From: Clostridiales bacterium
Lineage (GTDB): Bacteria > Bacillota > Clostridia > Christensenellales > CAG-138
NCBI GenBank assembly: GCA_012517905.1
Contig: JAAYUE010000034.1
Span: 6,752 to 70,751, forward strand
DNA: 64,000 nucleotides
Direction of reading: 5' to 3'
This document shows, one piece after another, positions 42,322 through 50,225 of the stretch. Within the stretch, counting starts at the first letter, position 1, and each line of letters opens with the position of its first letter. The notes under the pieces were generated by a model. The model did no database searches and was not told the origin of the DNA. It worked only from the letters and a program-made list of their open reading frames with translations. The position numbers and the translations under genes were made by a program.

Positions 42322-43593
42322 TCATAATGACATAATCTTTTGTTTCACTTGGGAGATGTCTTCATCTTTTTTCAACAGCAGATGCGGGTTCGCCCGAATC
42401 AAACGACGTTCCCGCGCAAGCGCATCCATTCCTCCGCCGGTGACGTTCAGCATGACAGCCGCATTTTTTTCGATCGATCCTTCCTTTGCTTTCCGAATCA
42501 GCGATGCGAGCGCTACGCCTGCCTCGGGGCAGATATCCCGCCCTTCCAGCGTTAAAAACAGATCCTGTGCCTCCCGCGCCTCGCTGTTTTCGACAGCGAC
42601 GACGTCCCCGCCCGAATCCATCAGCGCGTCGTACAGCCCGCCGATGATGCCATACGGCGGCTGCCGATTGGAAAGCACCTTGGCGTCGATCGCGTCGATC
42701 TGCTGCCGCGCTTCCTGCTCGTCCAGCGGGTCCAGCGCGCGGCTTTTCTTCGCCCACGCTCGGGCAATCGGCACAAACGGCAGGTTCTGAGATACGATGA
42801 GCCGCATCTTCTTGGGGGCGAAGACGCCGCACGCGTTCAGCCGCAGGTTCGCTTCATGCGCCGCGATCGCGCCCGTACCGCTGCCGACCGCCTGAAAATA
42901 GTAGTCGGGAATCTCGCCGATGGCGGCCGCCGCGGAAAGCACCGTCGTTCCCATGCCGTCCCGCCGGCCGACATTCTTGGCGCCGCCCTCGTTGACAAAC
43001 CCGTCCAGGCGCGCGATCGCGCCTGCCATGCGGATCGCGTCCAGATAGTCCGCGCCGTCGCCGACCGCGATGATTTTGACGCACGGGTGGAGGTCTTCCA
43101 GAGACCACAGGCTGTCAAGGTTCGCCTCGGGCACCACGATCACGGCCTGAATATGGTTTTCGGATGCCACTTTCATGAACGCCCGCGCGGTATTTCCGGC
43201 GGAGGCGACCACGAGTGTGCCGCTGTTTATCGGCATTCTGGCGCAGACGGAATACGCCTCGCATTCCTTAAAGGTCCCCGTCATCATATTCGCGCCGATT
43301 TCGGGCCAGAAGCCGTTAAATGTGACATAGAGTCGATTCAGTCCCAGCGCGCGGCCGAGTTTCGTGCTCAGGTAGGTTACCGGCGCGCCGTCCGACTTGA
43401 TAATCCGGCTGACGGGAAGCCAGTCGGAATATCGGAATATCCCGGGCTGCGTTTCCCGAATGCGAAACTTCTCTTGCGGATAGATCGCGCGCATCAGCGC
43501 CAGATTTGGCGACTCCGGGTTTTCCAGCAGCAGACCGTTGTCCGCAAATTCACGATATGTGCCAAGGCATACCAGCTTGTTATAATTCAGCAT
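42322..43593 (-). CDS. threonine-synthase-like fold-type II PLP enzyme, cysteate synthase-like
   Basis: The probable start is ATG at 43593 (GGAGG 8 nt upstream); TTG at 43608 is an alternative. The PLP-lysine context is MMTGTFKECEA and the Gly-rich loop is AVGSGTGAIAA. The ~420-aa length and the lack of a Thr-synthase SFKDRG signature fit cysteate synthase. Adjacency to an alpha-oxoamine synthase and an SDR supports this call. Confidence 0.55.
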   Translation of the reverse strand: MLNYNKLVCLGTYREFADNGLLLENPESPNLALMRAIYPQEKFRIRETQPGIFRYSDWLPVSRIIKSDGAPVTYLSTKLGRALGLNRLYVTFNGFWPEIGANMMTGTFKECEAYSVCARMPINSGTLVVASAGNTARAFMKVASENHIQAVIVVPEANLDSLWSLEDLHPCVKIIAVGDGADYLDAIRMAGAIARLDGFVNEGGAKNVGRRDGMGTTVLSAAAAIGEIPDYYFQAVGSGTGAIAAHEANLRLNACGVFAPKKMRLIVSQNLPFVPIARAWAKKSRALDPLDEQEARQQIDAIDAKVLSNRQPPYGIIGGLYDALMDSGGDVVAVENSEAREAQDLFLTLEGRDICPEAGVALASLIRKAKEGSIEKNAAVMLNVTGGGMDALARERRLIRANPHLLLKKDEDISQVKQKIMSL

Positions 43594-43626
43594 ACGCATT
43601 TCCTCCAATCATCCGGCTCCGCTAAA

Positions 43627-44292
43627 TCAGACGGGTGGCGCCCATACCTTTAAATCGATCCCTTCGATGATCGCGCGGTCGCCCACCATCTGAACGACCA
43701 CGCCGCTATGCACCTTTCGCATCATGCAATGGCGCGGCAAAAACCGTACTGTCTGTCCGACGAACGGATGCGGCCCTTCGACGATGCCTTCGAACCCGCC
43801 GACCAGACACACGCCGATATCCTGAAACGAAAACTCGCCGCCGGCGTCAACGCGGTTTCTCGGCCCGATCATATGGACGGTGATCAGGCCGTGCGCCTCT
43901 TCGATGATCTTCGCAAAATGGATCATCGGACAGCCGAGCGGCCGGTAGCGGATGATGTCGCCGGCCTGCAGCGCCGCCCTCGAAAACGGGAACAGCACCT
44001 CGCGGCAGGACGGCTCGCCCGGAAGCGGCAACAGCTCGAAATCCGCCTGATATCCGTCGATCAGCCCGATTTCCGCTCTCGCTGTTTCGCCTTCCGGCTT
44101 TACCAGCAACTGCTCCAGCGATGTTCTGTTCTGAGAAAATCGTTCCTGCGCCATGTGCGGACATTGATCGATGCGCGCTTGCCCGCGGCTGAGCTTCTGC
44201 GCGAACGCTTCGCATCGCTTTTCGCCGCATGCGCCGCAGTTGAATCCAGGGAGAAGCGTAAGTACCGACTGACGATTCGTCTCGCTGTTCAT
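43627..44292 (-). CDS. Fe-S cluster-binding protein (RnfB-N-terminal-type Cx2Cx4Cx16C domain) with uncharacterised C-terminal domain
   Basis: NCGACGEKRCEAFAQKLSRGQARIDQCPH gives an exact C-x2-C-x4-C-x16-C motif. I prefer the start at ATG 44292 (GGAGAA 7 nt upstream); ATG 44310 is possible. I did not recognise the ~150-aa C-terminal part. Confidence 0.65.
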   Translation of the reverse strand: MNSETNRQSVLTLLPGFNCGACGEKRCEAFAQKLSRGQARIDQCPHMAQERFSQNRTSLEQLLVKPEGETARAEIGLIDGYQADFELLPLPGEPSCREVLFPFSRAALQAGDIIRYRPLGCPMIHFAKIIEEAHGLITVHMIGPRNRVDAGGEFSFQDIGVCLVGGFEGIVEGPHPFVGQTVRFLPRHCMMRKVHSGVVVQMVGDRAIIEGIDLKVWAPPV

Positions 44293-44296
44293 GCCG

Positions 44297-44998
44297 CTAT
44301 TCTCCGACATACGTCTGAAATCCGTCGATTCTGCGAAGAACGCCGCGGTGGAATTCCTTTTTGATCCGCGTTTCCCCCACGCAGAGCGTGCAAATCGCCA
44401 ACGGAGCGGAGTGCCTCAGCTTGTCCTCCCCGTTCGATAGATCCCGCGCCTTCATCATGGCCTCGGAACACGCCGCGCAGCCTTGGCCGCTTAATCCGTT
44501 GGCTTCGATAATGGCGCATTTGGGATTGACTTCCAGTATTTTTTCCCTGAAAATCTCACGCTCGGCCTGCGAAATCATATCGCCCTTGGTAACGATCACA
44601 AAATCGGCCGTGCTTAAAAAGGGCCCGAGTTTCAGCGGTGTGTTGGGCCCCGCCGTGGCGTCCGCAACACACACGCCCAGGCATTCCTGACTGTATGGCG
44701 CGCAGCGGTGGCATAGGCCGGCCGTTTCAAGAATCAGAAAGTCCGACTGGTTCTCTTCCGCCCACTCCAGCATTTCGTTCAAATTATAGATTGCAAAATG
44801 ATCGGGGCACATGTCCTTTGAAAGCCCGACCATTACCGGAATACCCAGTTTTGAAAACCGCTTGTCGTCGTCCGTATAGAGACAATCCACCTTGGCGACG
44901 GAGCAGTTCTTTCCGGCCTCGCCGAGGATTCTGAGCGCATGCACCAGAACCGCTGTTTTCCCCGAGCCGGGGGTCCCTGCCACAACGATCAGCTTCAT
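44297..44998 (-). CDS. G3E-family-like P-loop GTPase (HypB/UreG/CobW-like metallochaperone type), Cys-rich
   Basis: Walker A is [19 protein letters not shown] is the ExxG motif typical of the G3E family, and VTKGD is an NKxD variant. Cys motifs are CHRC, GQGCAAC and CTLC. The start ATG at 44998 overlaps the upstream stop (ATGA). Confidence 0.65.
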   Translation of the reverse strand: MKLIVVAGTPGSGKTAVLVHALRILGEAGKNCSVAKVDCLYTDDDKRFSKLGIPVMVGLSKDMCPDHFAIYNLNEMLEWAEENQSDFLILETAGLCHRCAPYSQECLGVCVADATAGPNTPLKLGPFLSTADFVIVTKGDMISQAEREIFREKILEVNPKCAIIEANGLSGQGCAACSEAMMKARDLSNGEDKLRHSAPLAICTLCVGETRIKKEFHRGVLRRIDGFQTYVGE

Positions 44999-45816
44999 GC
45001 GGATTCCTCGCTTCTGTATTTCGTATACAGAGACTGCATCAGCGCGCCCTGCGTCTGGCCGCATCGTTCAAAACTTTCGCCTTTTCTGACCTTTTCGCGC
45101 AGCTGCAGCAATAAGCCGTCGATGTTCATCAAATCCTCAAGCAACTCCGTTTCGTCTTGCGTTGTGTCGATGATCTTTCTCATGCCGCCGTTTTTCATGA
45201 CGATCCGCTTCTCCGTCATCAGCGCAAGCACCGGATCGTGCGTTACCACCATCACGATTTTGCCGTTGCCGATCAGCGCTTTCAGCGCCTCATGCTTTCT
45301 GATGCCCGCATTCTCCACTTCGTCGATGAGTACGATGGGGGAATCGCTGATGACGGCGACGTCCGCCACCATAAGCGCGCGCGACTGGCCGCCGCTGAGG
45401 ATCGTCAGGTTATAGTCCTTTTTGATGGGCTCGCCGGTCAGCGTGTTGGCAAGGCGCAATACTTCCTGCACATGGGAATCCCGCACGCCGCGGCATTTGG
45501 CGTGCAGACACAAAAATTCTCCGACCGACATATCGGCAAGAAAGCTCATGTTCTGCGATATCTGCGCGATCATTTTCTTTCTTGGATCGGTGCGGGTCTG
45601 ATAATCGGGAACCGCATCATCCAGCAAAATCCGTCTCCGTGAGAAAGTGTCTCCCTGCGCCATCTGCTCGATATCGCTGATCAGAGAACTTTTTCCGCTG
45701 CCCGTCGGGCCGACTACGCCAAACATCTCGCCCGGTCTGATGTCGATTTGCTCGACGGGCTCTTTGATGCCGATCTTGTCGTAGCCCCCAAGAATCGTAA
45801 TCTTTCTGATGTCCAT
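44995..45816 (-). CDS. ABC-type ATPase without cognate permease in the operon
   Basis: Walker A is GPTGSGKSS, the signature is LSGGQ, Walker B is VLIDEVEN and the H-loop is VTHD. The start is ATG at 45816, after AAGGAGAG. No membrane-protein gene lies in this operon. Confidence 0.8.
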   Translation of the reverse strand: MDIRKITILGGYDKIGIKEPVEQIDIRPGEMFGVVGPTGSGKSSLISDIEQMAQGDTFSRRRILLDDAVPDYQTRTDPRKKMIAQISQNMSFLADMSVGEFLCLHAKCRGVRDSHVQEVLRLANTLTGEPIKKDYNLTILSGGQSRALMVADVAVISDSPIVLIDEVENAGIRKHEALKALIGNGKIVMVVTHDPVLALMTEKRIVMKNGGMRKIIDTTQDETELLEDLMNIDGLLLQLREKVRKGESFERCGQTQGALMQSLYTKYRSEESA

Positions 45817-45845
45817 ACGCTCTCCTTGATAAAAATGATCAGGCA

Positions 45846-45881
45846 ATAAAAAACATCCTGACAGCTTAAACTATCAGGATG
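45846..45881 (-). terminator. strong rho-independent terminator (minus strand) between two-component genes and ABC-ATPase start
   Basis: The minus-strand RNA reads CAUCCUGAUAG-UUUAAG-CUGUCAGGAUG-UUUUUUAU: an 11-bp stem with one G-U pair, a 6-nt loop and a U6 tract. The U tract exists only in the minus orientation. Confidence 0.75.
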
Positions 45882-45899
45882 AGGATCGTTCTTTCATTT

Positions 45900-45928
45900 A
45901 TTATAACAAGCAGGGACATTGAAAAATG
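45900..45928 (-). promoter_or_regulatory. extended -10 promoter candidate (minus strand) with poor -35, i.e. activator-dependent type
   Basis: The minus strand reads CTTGtTATAAT (TATAAT = 45905-45900, TG = 45908-45907). The -35 position reads CATTTT. The element lies 5 nt downstream of the promoter-proximal 9-bp repeat. Confidence 0.5.
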
Positions 45929-45933
45929 ACGTA

Positions 45934-46004
45934 TTCACGACGAAACCGATGCCGTTTGCGACAGCCCGAAACCGATTCGCGACAAAAAAAGCTCATTCGC
46001 GACA
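45934..46004 (-). promoter_or_regulatory. four 9-bp direct repeats in 21-bp phase: candidate LytTR response-regulator binding array
   Basis: On the plus strand: TTCACGACG (45934), TTTGCGACA (45955), TTCGCGACA (45976) and TTCGCGACA (45996). Start-to-start spacing is 21, 21 and 20 bp. The last copy overlaps the final three codons of the kinase gene. Confidence 0.5.
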
Positions 46005-47342
46005 AGCCGATGAAATGTTTAATTCCTGAACGAAAAATCCGTTGTCGATCACGGTGTTGAGTGTGACGTGTTCGTAGTCCTTGAGGATGTTTTGGAGCGT
46101 GAAGAGCCCGGTTCCCCGTCCTTCGCCCTTTGTGGAGTACCCTTCCTGAAACAGCAGGTTCATCATGGGTCTGTCGGAAAACGAATTGGCGACGACGATG
46201 CTGATGTTTTGATTGTCGTCTCTGGTTGCCGAAAGAGACAGCACCTTGTCCTCGGAGTCCTTCGCCGCCTCTATGGCGTTATCCAGAAAAATGCCCATCA
46301 CCCGGCATAGATCGATTGCTTGCATCCCAGTTTCATCCAGATAGTCGTCGATCGAGACGGATATTTTGATGTCGCGATCCAGAGCGCGTTGAAACGCGGT
46401 GGTGAGCAGCCCTTTCAGCGAGACACACTTGATATACTCGATATATAAAAACACGCTGTTTTTATCAAGGATGGCGGATTGGTTTTTCAGGATTTCCCGG
46501 TAATAATACGTCCTCAGCCCCTCGATATCGTTTTGCTCGATATAACTCCTTAACGTCAGCAGGATGTTGTTGTAGTCATGCCGGAAGGCGCGGATATCCT
46601 TGGTGAGCTTTTCAATGATGCCCGTATAGATGAGCAGCTGTTCGTACTTTTCTTTTTGTTCTTCCAGTTGAATCTTGTTCCGGATCGCAAGCTTATACAG
46701 CAGATATCCGATCAGATTGAGCACCGGCAAAAGCAGGAAGGGAATGTATAACGAAAACCGGTCCTTGTCCAGAATGCCGCGATAGATCCAGAGCAGGCCG
46801 ATCACGGACATCACGACCATCAGCACAAGCGTGAGGTGCACATAAAGCGAAGGCGATGTGTTGGCCAGCCGCTTATACAGGACGCGATACAGTTTTCTCA
46901 GCGAATTGCGGGACAAGAAATTCCATGTCAGCAGGAACACGGCGCAGAGTGCCGCCAGAATCAATATTCCGAAGAATCCGACCAGCCACTCCATGCGGCT
47001 GTTCTTCAACAGAGGGATGTAATGCGCGTTGAGCAATTCCTGCGTGATAACGCCGACGACGTTCAGCAGTATGAATGCCGATAAGTACAGGATGTTTTTT
47101 GTGATCTCCATACGGTAAAACAATATGACCAACAGCGTCACGATAAGCGCCCAGAATACGATCCGAACGGCCAGCATCGGGACCCGCTCCAAAAACAGAT
47201 ACCCCAATATCGTGAACAGCAGATAGACAAGAAAGCGGCGGGGCTCCAGGCGGGCCTTTCTTCCAACCATCAATTGCATGGTAAACGAAAAAACGGTTCC
47301 CGTCAGAATTGCTTCCGAAATATTATAGATGATCCCGTTCAT
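45993..47342 (-). CDS. AgrC/ComD-type (HPK10) membrane sensor histidine kinase
   Basis: The N-terminal half has ~6 hydrophobic TM segments. The H-box is AFRHDYNNILLTL, the N-box is LDNAIEA and the G-box is GEGRGTGL. Confidence 0.85.
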   Translation of the reverse strand: MNGIIYNISEAILTGTVFSFTMQLMVGRKARLEPRRFLVYLLFTILGYLFLERVPMLAVRIVFWALIVTLLVILFYRMEITKNILYLSAFILLNVVGVITQELLNAHYIPLLKNSRMEWLVGFFGILILAALCAVFLLTWNFLSRNSLRKLYRVLYKRLANTSPSLYVHLTLVLMVVMSVIGLLWIYRGILDKDRFSLYIPFLLLPVLNLIGYLLYKLAIRNKIQLEEQKEKYEQLLIYTGIIEKLTKDIRAFRHDYNNILLTLRSYIEQNDIEGLRTYYYREILKNQSAILDKNSVFLYIEYIKCVSLKGLLTTAFQRALDRDIKISVSIDDYLDETGMQAIDLCRVMGIFLDNAIEAAKDSEDKVLSLSATRDDNQNISIVVANSFSDRPMMNLLFQEGYSTKGEGRGTGLFTLQNILKDYEHVTLNTVIDNGFFVQELNISSACRE

Positions 47343-48090
47343 ATCGTAACAATCCTTTTAAGTATCTGGGGGAAATCAGGCATTTATACCCGTGACTCAA
47401 CGTAACATACATGTCGTTTCGGCTCTTGGAAATCGACTGGACGTGCTGCAAATTGATCAAAAAGGAACGATGGCATCGGTAAAAAAAGCTGTCGAGGTGG
47501 TTCTGAAGCTCGTCCAGCGTGTCCCGAAACTCAATGCTTTTATCCTGCGTATGCAATATGATGCTTCGTTTGGCGGTATTGGTCTCAAAATAGATGATGT
47601 CCTTCACAGGGATGATAAAGTCCGTTCCGCTCGTTCGGACCAGCAGCGCCCGCTCTTCCTGCCGCGTGTCCTGGCCGGATATTTCGCGCTGGATCGTATT
47701 CATGCATTGAAAGATTTTTTGTTTGATTTCCTCGTCGCCTTTTAAGATGTAGTCCAGCGCTCTGATTTTATACTGTATCGCCGGAAACGCAAATTCCATG
47801 TGGCTGGTGATAAAGATGATGTATCCAAACGTGTCTTTCCTTCGGATCTTCTGCGCCAGCTGAAGCCCGTTTGAAGAATCTCCGAGGATAATATCTAAAA
47901 AGAAAATATTGAAAACGCCCGAGGCGATATCGATCCTGTCCAAAACGCTTTCATAGTTTTCCGTGACGGCCTGAACATCCCAGTTCAGCTTGTGGGCGGA
48001 CAAATACTCGCCGATACACTGACGGATTTGTCTCGAAATCTGTATATCATCCTCAATGACGTATATCTGATTGTTTTTTCCCATTTTCAT
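47323..48090 (-). CDS. LytTR-family (AgrA/ComE-like) response regulator
   Basis: The receiver N-terminus reads IYVIEDD...FFLDI. The C-terminal LytTR domain reads IPVKDIIYFETNTAKRSIILHT...FFYRCHRSFLINLQHV. The gene overlaps the kinase start by 20 nt. Confidence 0.85.
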   Translation of the reverse strand: MKMGKNNQIYVIEDDIQISRQIRQCIGEYLSAHKLNWDVQAVTENYESVLDRIDIASGVFNIFFLDIILGDSSNGLQLAQKIRRKDTFGYIIFITSHMEFAFPAIQYKIRALDYILKGDEEIKQKIFQCMNTIQREISGQDTRQEERALLVRTSGTDFIIPVKDIIYFETNTAKRSIILHTQDKSIEFRDTLDELQNHLDSFFYRCHRSFLINLQHVQSISKSRNDMYVTLSHGYKCLISPRYLKGLLRYERDHL

Positions 48091-48805
48091 GCCATCCTGA
48101 TTCTATTGCGGCGAACATGCCGCGTTTCGGATCGTTTGTCGAGCGGAATATGGAAAGATCGATTTTCACGAAAAAGCCGTTTGCTTCAAACCGAAGCACT
48201 CATCCATCTTGCGCGCGTTGCATGTTGCCACATTCTTCGGGATAAGAGGAGTGCCTTGCCCGGGTTTGCCCATGCGTCAAAACCTGCTTCGATGCTTTCC
48301 GTGCATTTAACCACGCCCGGCAAAAGAGCAATGCTATTCTCACTATTTTAGCACAGATCGCCGAATACTCACTAGCGAGTATCTTACCGATATCGCATAC
48401 GCAAACCGGAATGGGTGCATCGGAGCACTTTTTTACTCATATTATATCGAATGAAGACCAAACCGCGTTAAGAACATGTAAATTATCTACGGGATGCTAT
48501 ATACGTCTGACAACGATGTAATTCCCGATATGTTGTTTGCTCCATAGAGAGTTCCGGGGGTGACCGCTATATTCTGATCATCGTGCGTTATTTGGAGGGA
48601 TTGCAGAAACAGGAATGAATGATGCGGAATTGGTGTTAGCGCGTTGCGTGGATGAAACGCGTTGCAGCTCTTACGCCAGCGGCTATTTTGATCAGAGGCG
48701 AAAAGACATGAATAGCATGTTGATTAAAAGCTGGACATAGAATTCGCGTTTTGCACACCTTTTGGCGAGAGGGGAGGAATTTTCACACAGCATTGCGGGT
48801 TCCGT

Positions 48806-48949
48806 GTGGCGCAGCCACGCGGCGGCGTTCTCGGGGCGGAGAAACTGTCCCAGAACGTTTTTGCTCGACCCAATTGAATCGAAACAAAAACAAGAGCTCA
48901 TCAAAGATGAACTCTTGTTTTTGGCTAAACCCTCACGAAATGATACAAT
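48806..48949 (+). repeat. intergenic repeat copy 2 (same orientation as copy 1)
   Basis: See copy 1. The 77-nt core at 48853-48929 differs from copy 1 at one position. TTGGCT (48921-48926), a 17-nt spacer and TACAAT (48944-48949) are conserved. Confidence 0.9.
48886..48922. terminator. rho-independent terminator inside repeat copy 2 (can serve the minus-strand DUF364 gene)
   Basis: This is the same hairpin as at 35516-35552, with one stem mismatch (48911). A/T runs lie on both sides. It sits ~180 nt downstream of the DUF364 stop. Confidence 0.65.
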
Positions 48950-49100
48950 CGCGCGAAACGAGAGGGTGGGTGCAGGTGGGTGCAAATCAGCAGAAAAATG
49001 GCAAAGTGATGATTTAATTGGTTCGAGAAACGGTGTTTTCTGTTTCGCTAATTCAGCTAAAGGCAATCTGATGCTATGCGGAATTAGTCTTTTCTATGCT

Positions 49101-49844
49101 CTAAACACGTAATAAGCATTGACTTATTGCAGGTTCCATTGACATGATGCCGCCACCCTGACTGATGATTTCCAAAATAGAATCTGCGTTCTTTACAATG
49201 CTCCCGGCTAGCAGACTTACACCATATCGGCGAAATACCGCTGGACATAATGGCGTTGACGGTCCGATGATGCAAACTTCTCTTGCATTTTTACAGTATA
49301 ACAATACTTTATCTAAGGTATGGTTCATAATGCATGTAGCTTTTATGAAAACCACATTGCACTCCGGAAGACGGATCGATATACTGTTTTCGTAGTATAT
49401 ATCACCACACTTCATCACGTTTTCTTCAAATATGTAGATATTTCGGGTCACATTCTCCAATGCTTGAAAAACAGGTTTTACCATGCCAACCATACCGATG
49501 GTATCGGAAGGCGAAACAGTAGTGGCATCTAAAACATTACCAACATTCAGTTTTTCTTGCGTATTATTGAGAACCGCATTGATGGTGGCAAGCCCAATAG
49601 CAGATTTCAGGCAGTTACTGTCTTTCAACCACGGAATTATTTCCTCGCCACTTTTACCAATAAGGCTACCGGCGATACTTAAAGCATCACAGTTTTCACC
49701 CAAAGCATTTCGAAAACTGTATGCCAGCCCGCAATCGTTATTATCGAGCATAACACAAGTATAACCAAGTCCAGCTCGTACGTCCTTGATTTTTCTATGC
49801 TGTACCTTCAAAAGCGAAAATTCAATTAACTCGTCGATAATCAT
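49101..49844 (-). CDS. DUF4213/DUF364-type protein (putative heavy-metal chelation / Rossmann-like domain family)
   Basis: The start is ATG at 49844, after AGGAGA. The 247-aa length and the pattern VRAGLGYTCVML...GLA...ATINA...IGMVG...KATCIMNHTL...CIIGPSTPL fit this family as I remember it. The gene is AT-rich and divergent from a Fur-family gene. Confidence 0.55.
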   Translation of the reverse strand: MIIDELIEFSLLKVQHRKIKDVRAGLGYTCVMLDNNDCGLAYSFRNALGENCDALSIAGSLIGKSGEEIIPWLKDSNCLKSAIGLATINAVLNNTQEKLNVGNVLDATTVSPSDTIGMVGMVKPVFQALENVTRNIYIFEENVMKCGDIYYENSISIRLPECNVVFIKATCIMNHTLDKVLLYCKNAREVCIIGPSTPLCPAVFRRYGVSLLAGSIVKNADSILEIISQGGGIMSMEPAISQCLLRV

Positions 49845-50225
49845 GTTCTTCTCCTATCTGAAAAATTTGTAAACTTGGGCTTGTGTCCTCAATACTCATT
49901 GTAGTTACATTAATGGCATAAGTCAATAACTATGCATTCGAAGAAAAGAACGCCGATTTACCTGCAATAAGGTTTTCGAACGCAGAATGTTCCTTCGCTT
50001 TGTAGATAAACTTGGATCAATATATTTTTTCGTCGAGTTTGATTCAGAAAGAATTAGAAATTTCGCAATCACTAGCGAAAAAACTAATAGAAAAGTGGAG
50101 TTTATCTTTGCTTTTACTGCATGTGTGTTATTTTACTTATGTAATTACTGTTATATACTAATCAATTATGAGAAGTTGCAATTTCAATAAAGTCTAGTCT
50201 TGCTAAAGATGTTTGGAGAAAAAAC

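Noticed and set aside
41600-42790. 396-aa + strand ORF opposite the alpha-oxoamine synthase and cysteate-synthase-like genes. The same applies to 39282-39899, 42856-43653 and 43708-44364.
   Set aside because: The minus-strand products carry clear family motifs (PLP lysine contexts, Walker motifs, SDR signatures). The + strand translations are low-complexity Arg/Ala/His-rich with no motifs.
45934-46004. Considered whether the phased repeats could be a miniature CRISPR-like or tandem satellite array.
   Set aside because: The 9-bp repeats with 11-12-bp spacers, in only four copies, are far too short for CRISPR, and no cas genes are in the window. The layout fits a transcription-factor binding array instead.
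47992-48351. 119-aa + strand ORF overlapping the response-regulator start and upstream region.
   Set aside because: It is antisense to a well-supported gene at its 5' end. The remainder has no RBS and no motifs.
48615-48740. 41-codon + strand ORF (MNDAELVLARCVDETRC...) just upstream of repeat copy 2, considered as a possible signalling-peptide gene for the Agr-like system.
   Set aside because: It is on the opposite strand to the two-component genes. It has poor RBS spacing and no double-glycine or AgrD-like features. No support beyond being open.
35434-48949. Calling the repeat-flanked block a mobile element or genomic island with att sites.
   Set aside because: The block contains no integrase, recombinase, transposase, tRNA target or conjugation genes. 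The repeats contain a terminator and a promoter and may be an ordinary dispersed intergenic element. This is kept only as a hypothesis in the findings.
48692-49112. Three overlapping ORFs (48692-49066 minus; 48751-49017 and 48762-49112 plus) over repeat copy 2.
   Set aside because: They span a terminator hairpin and a sequence that is duplicated in a clearly non-coding context after the giant gene. There is no RBS and there are no motifs.
50141-50148. GTAATTAC as a Zur box.
   Set aside because: Only the 8-bp core is palindromic, and the flanks do not complete the 7-1-7 Fur-family consensus. It is reported merely as a candidate within the intergenic finding.
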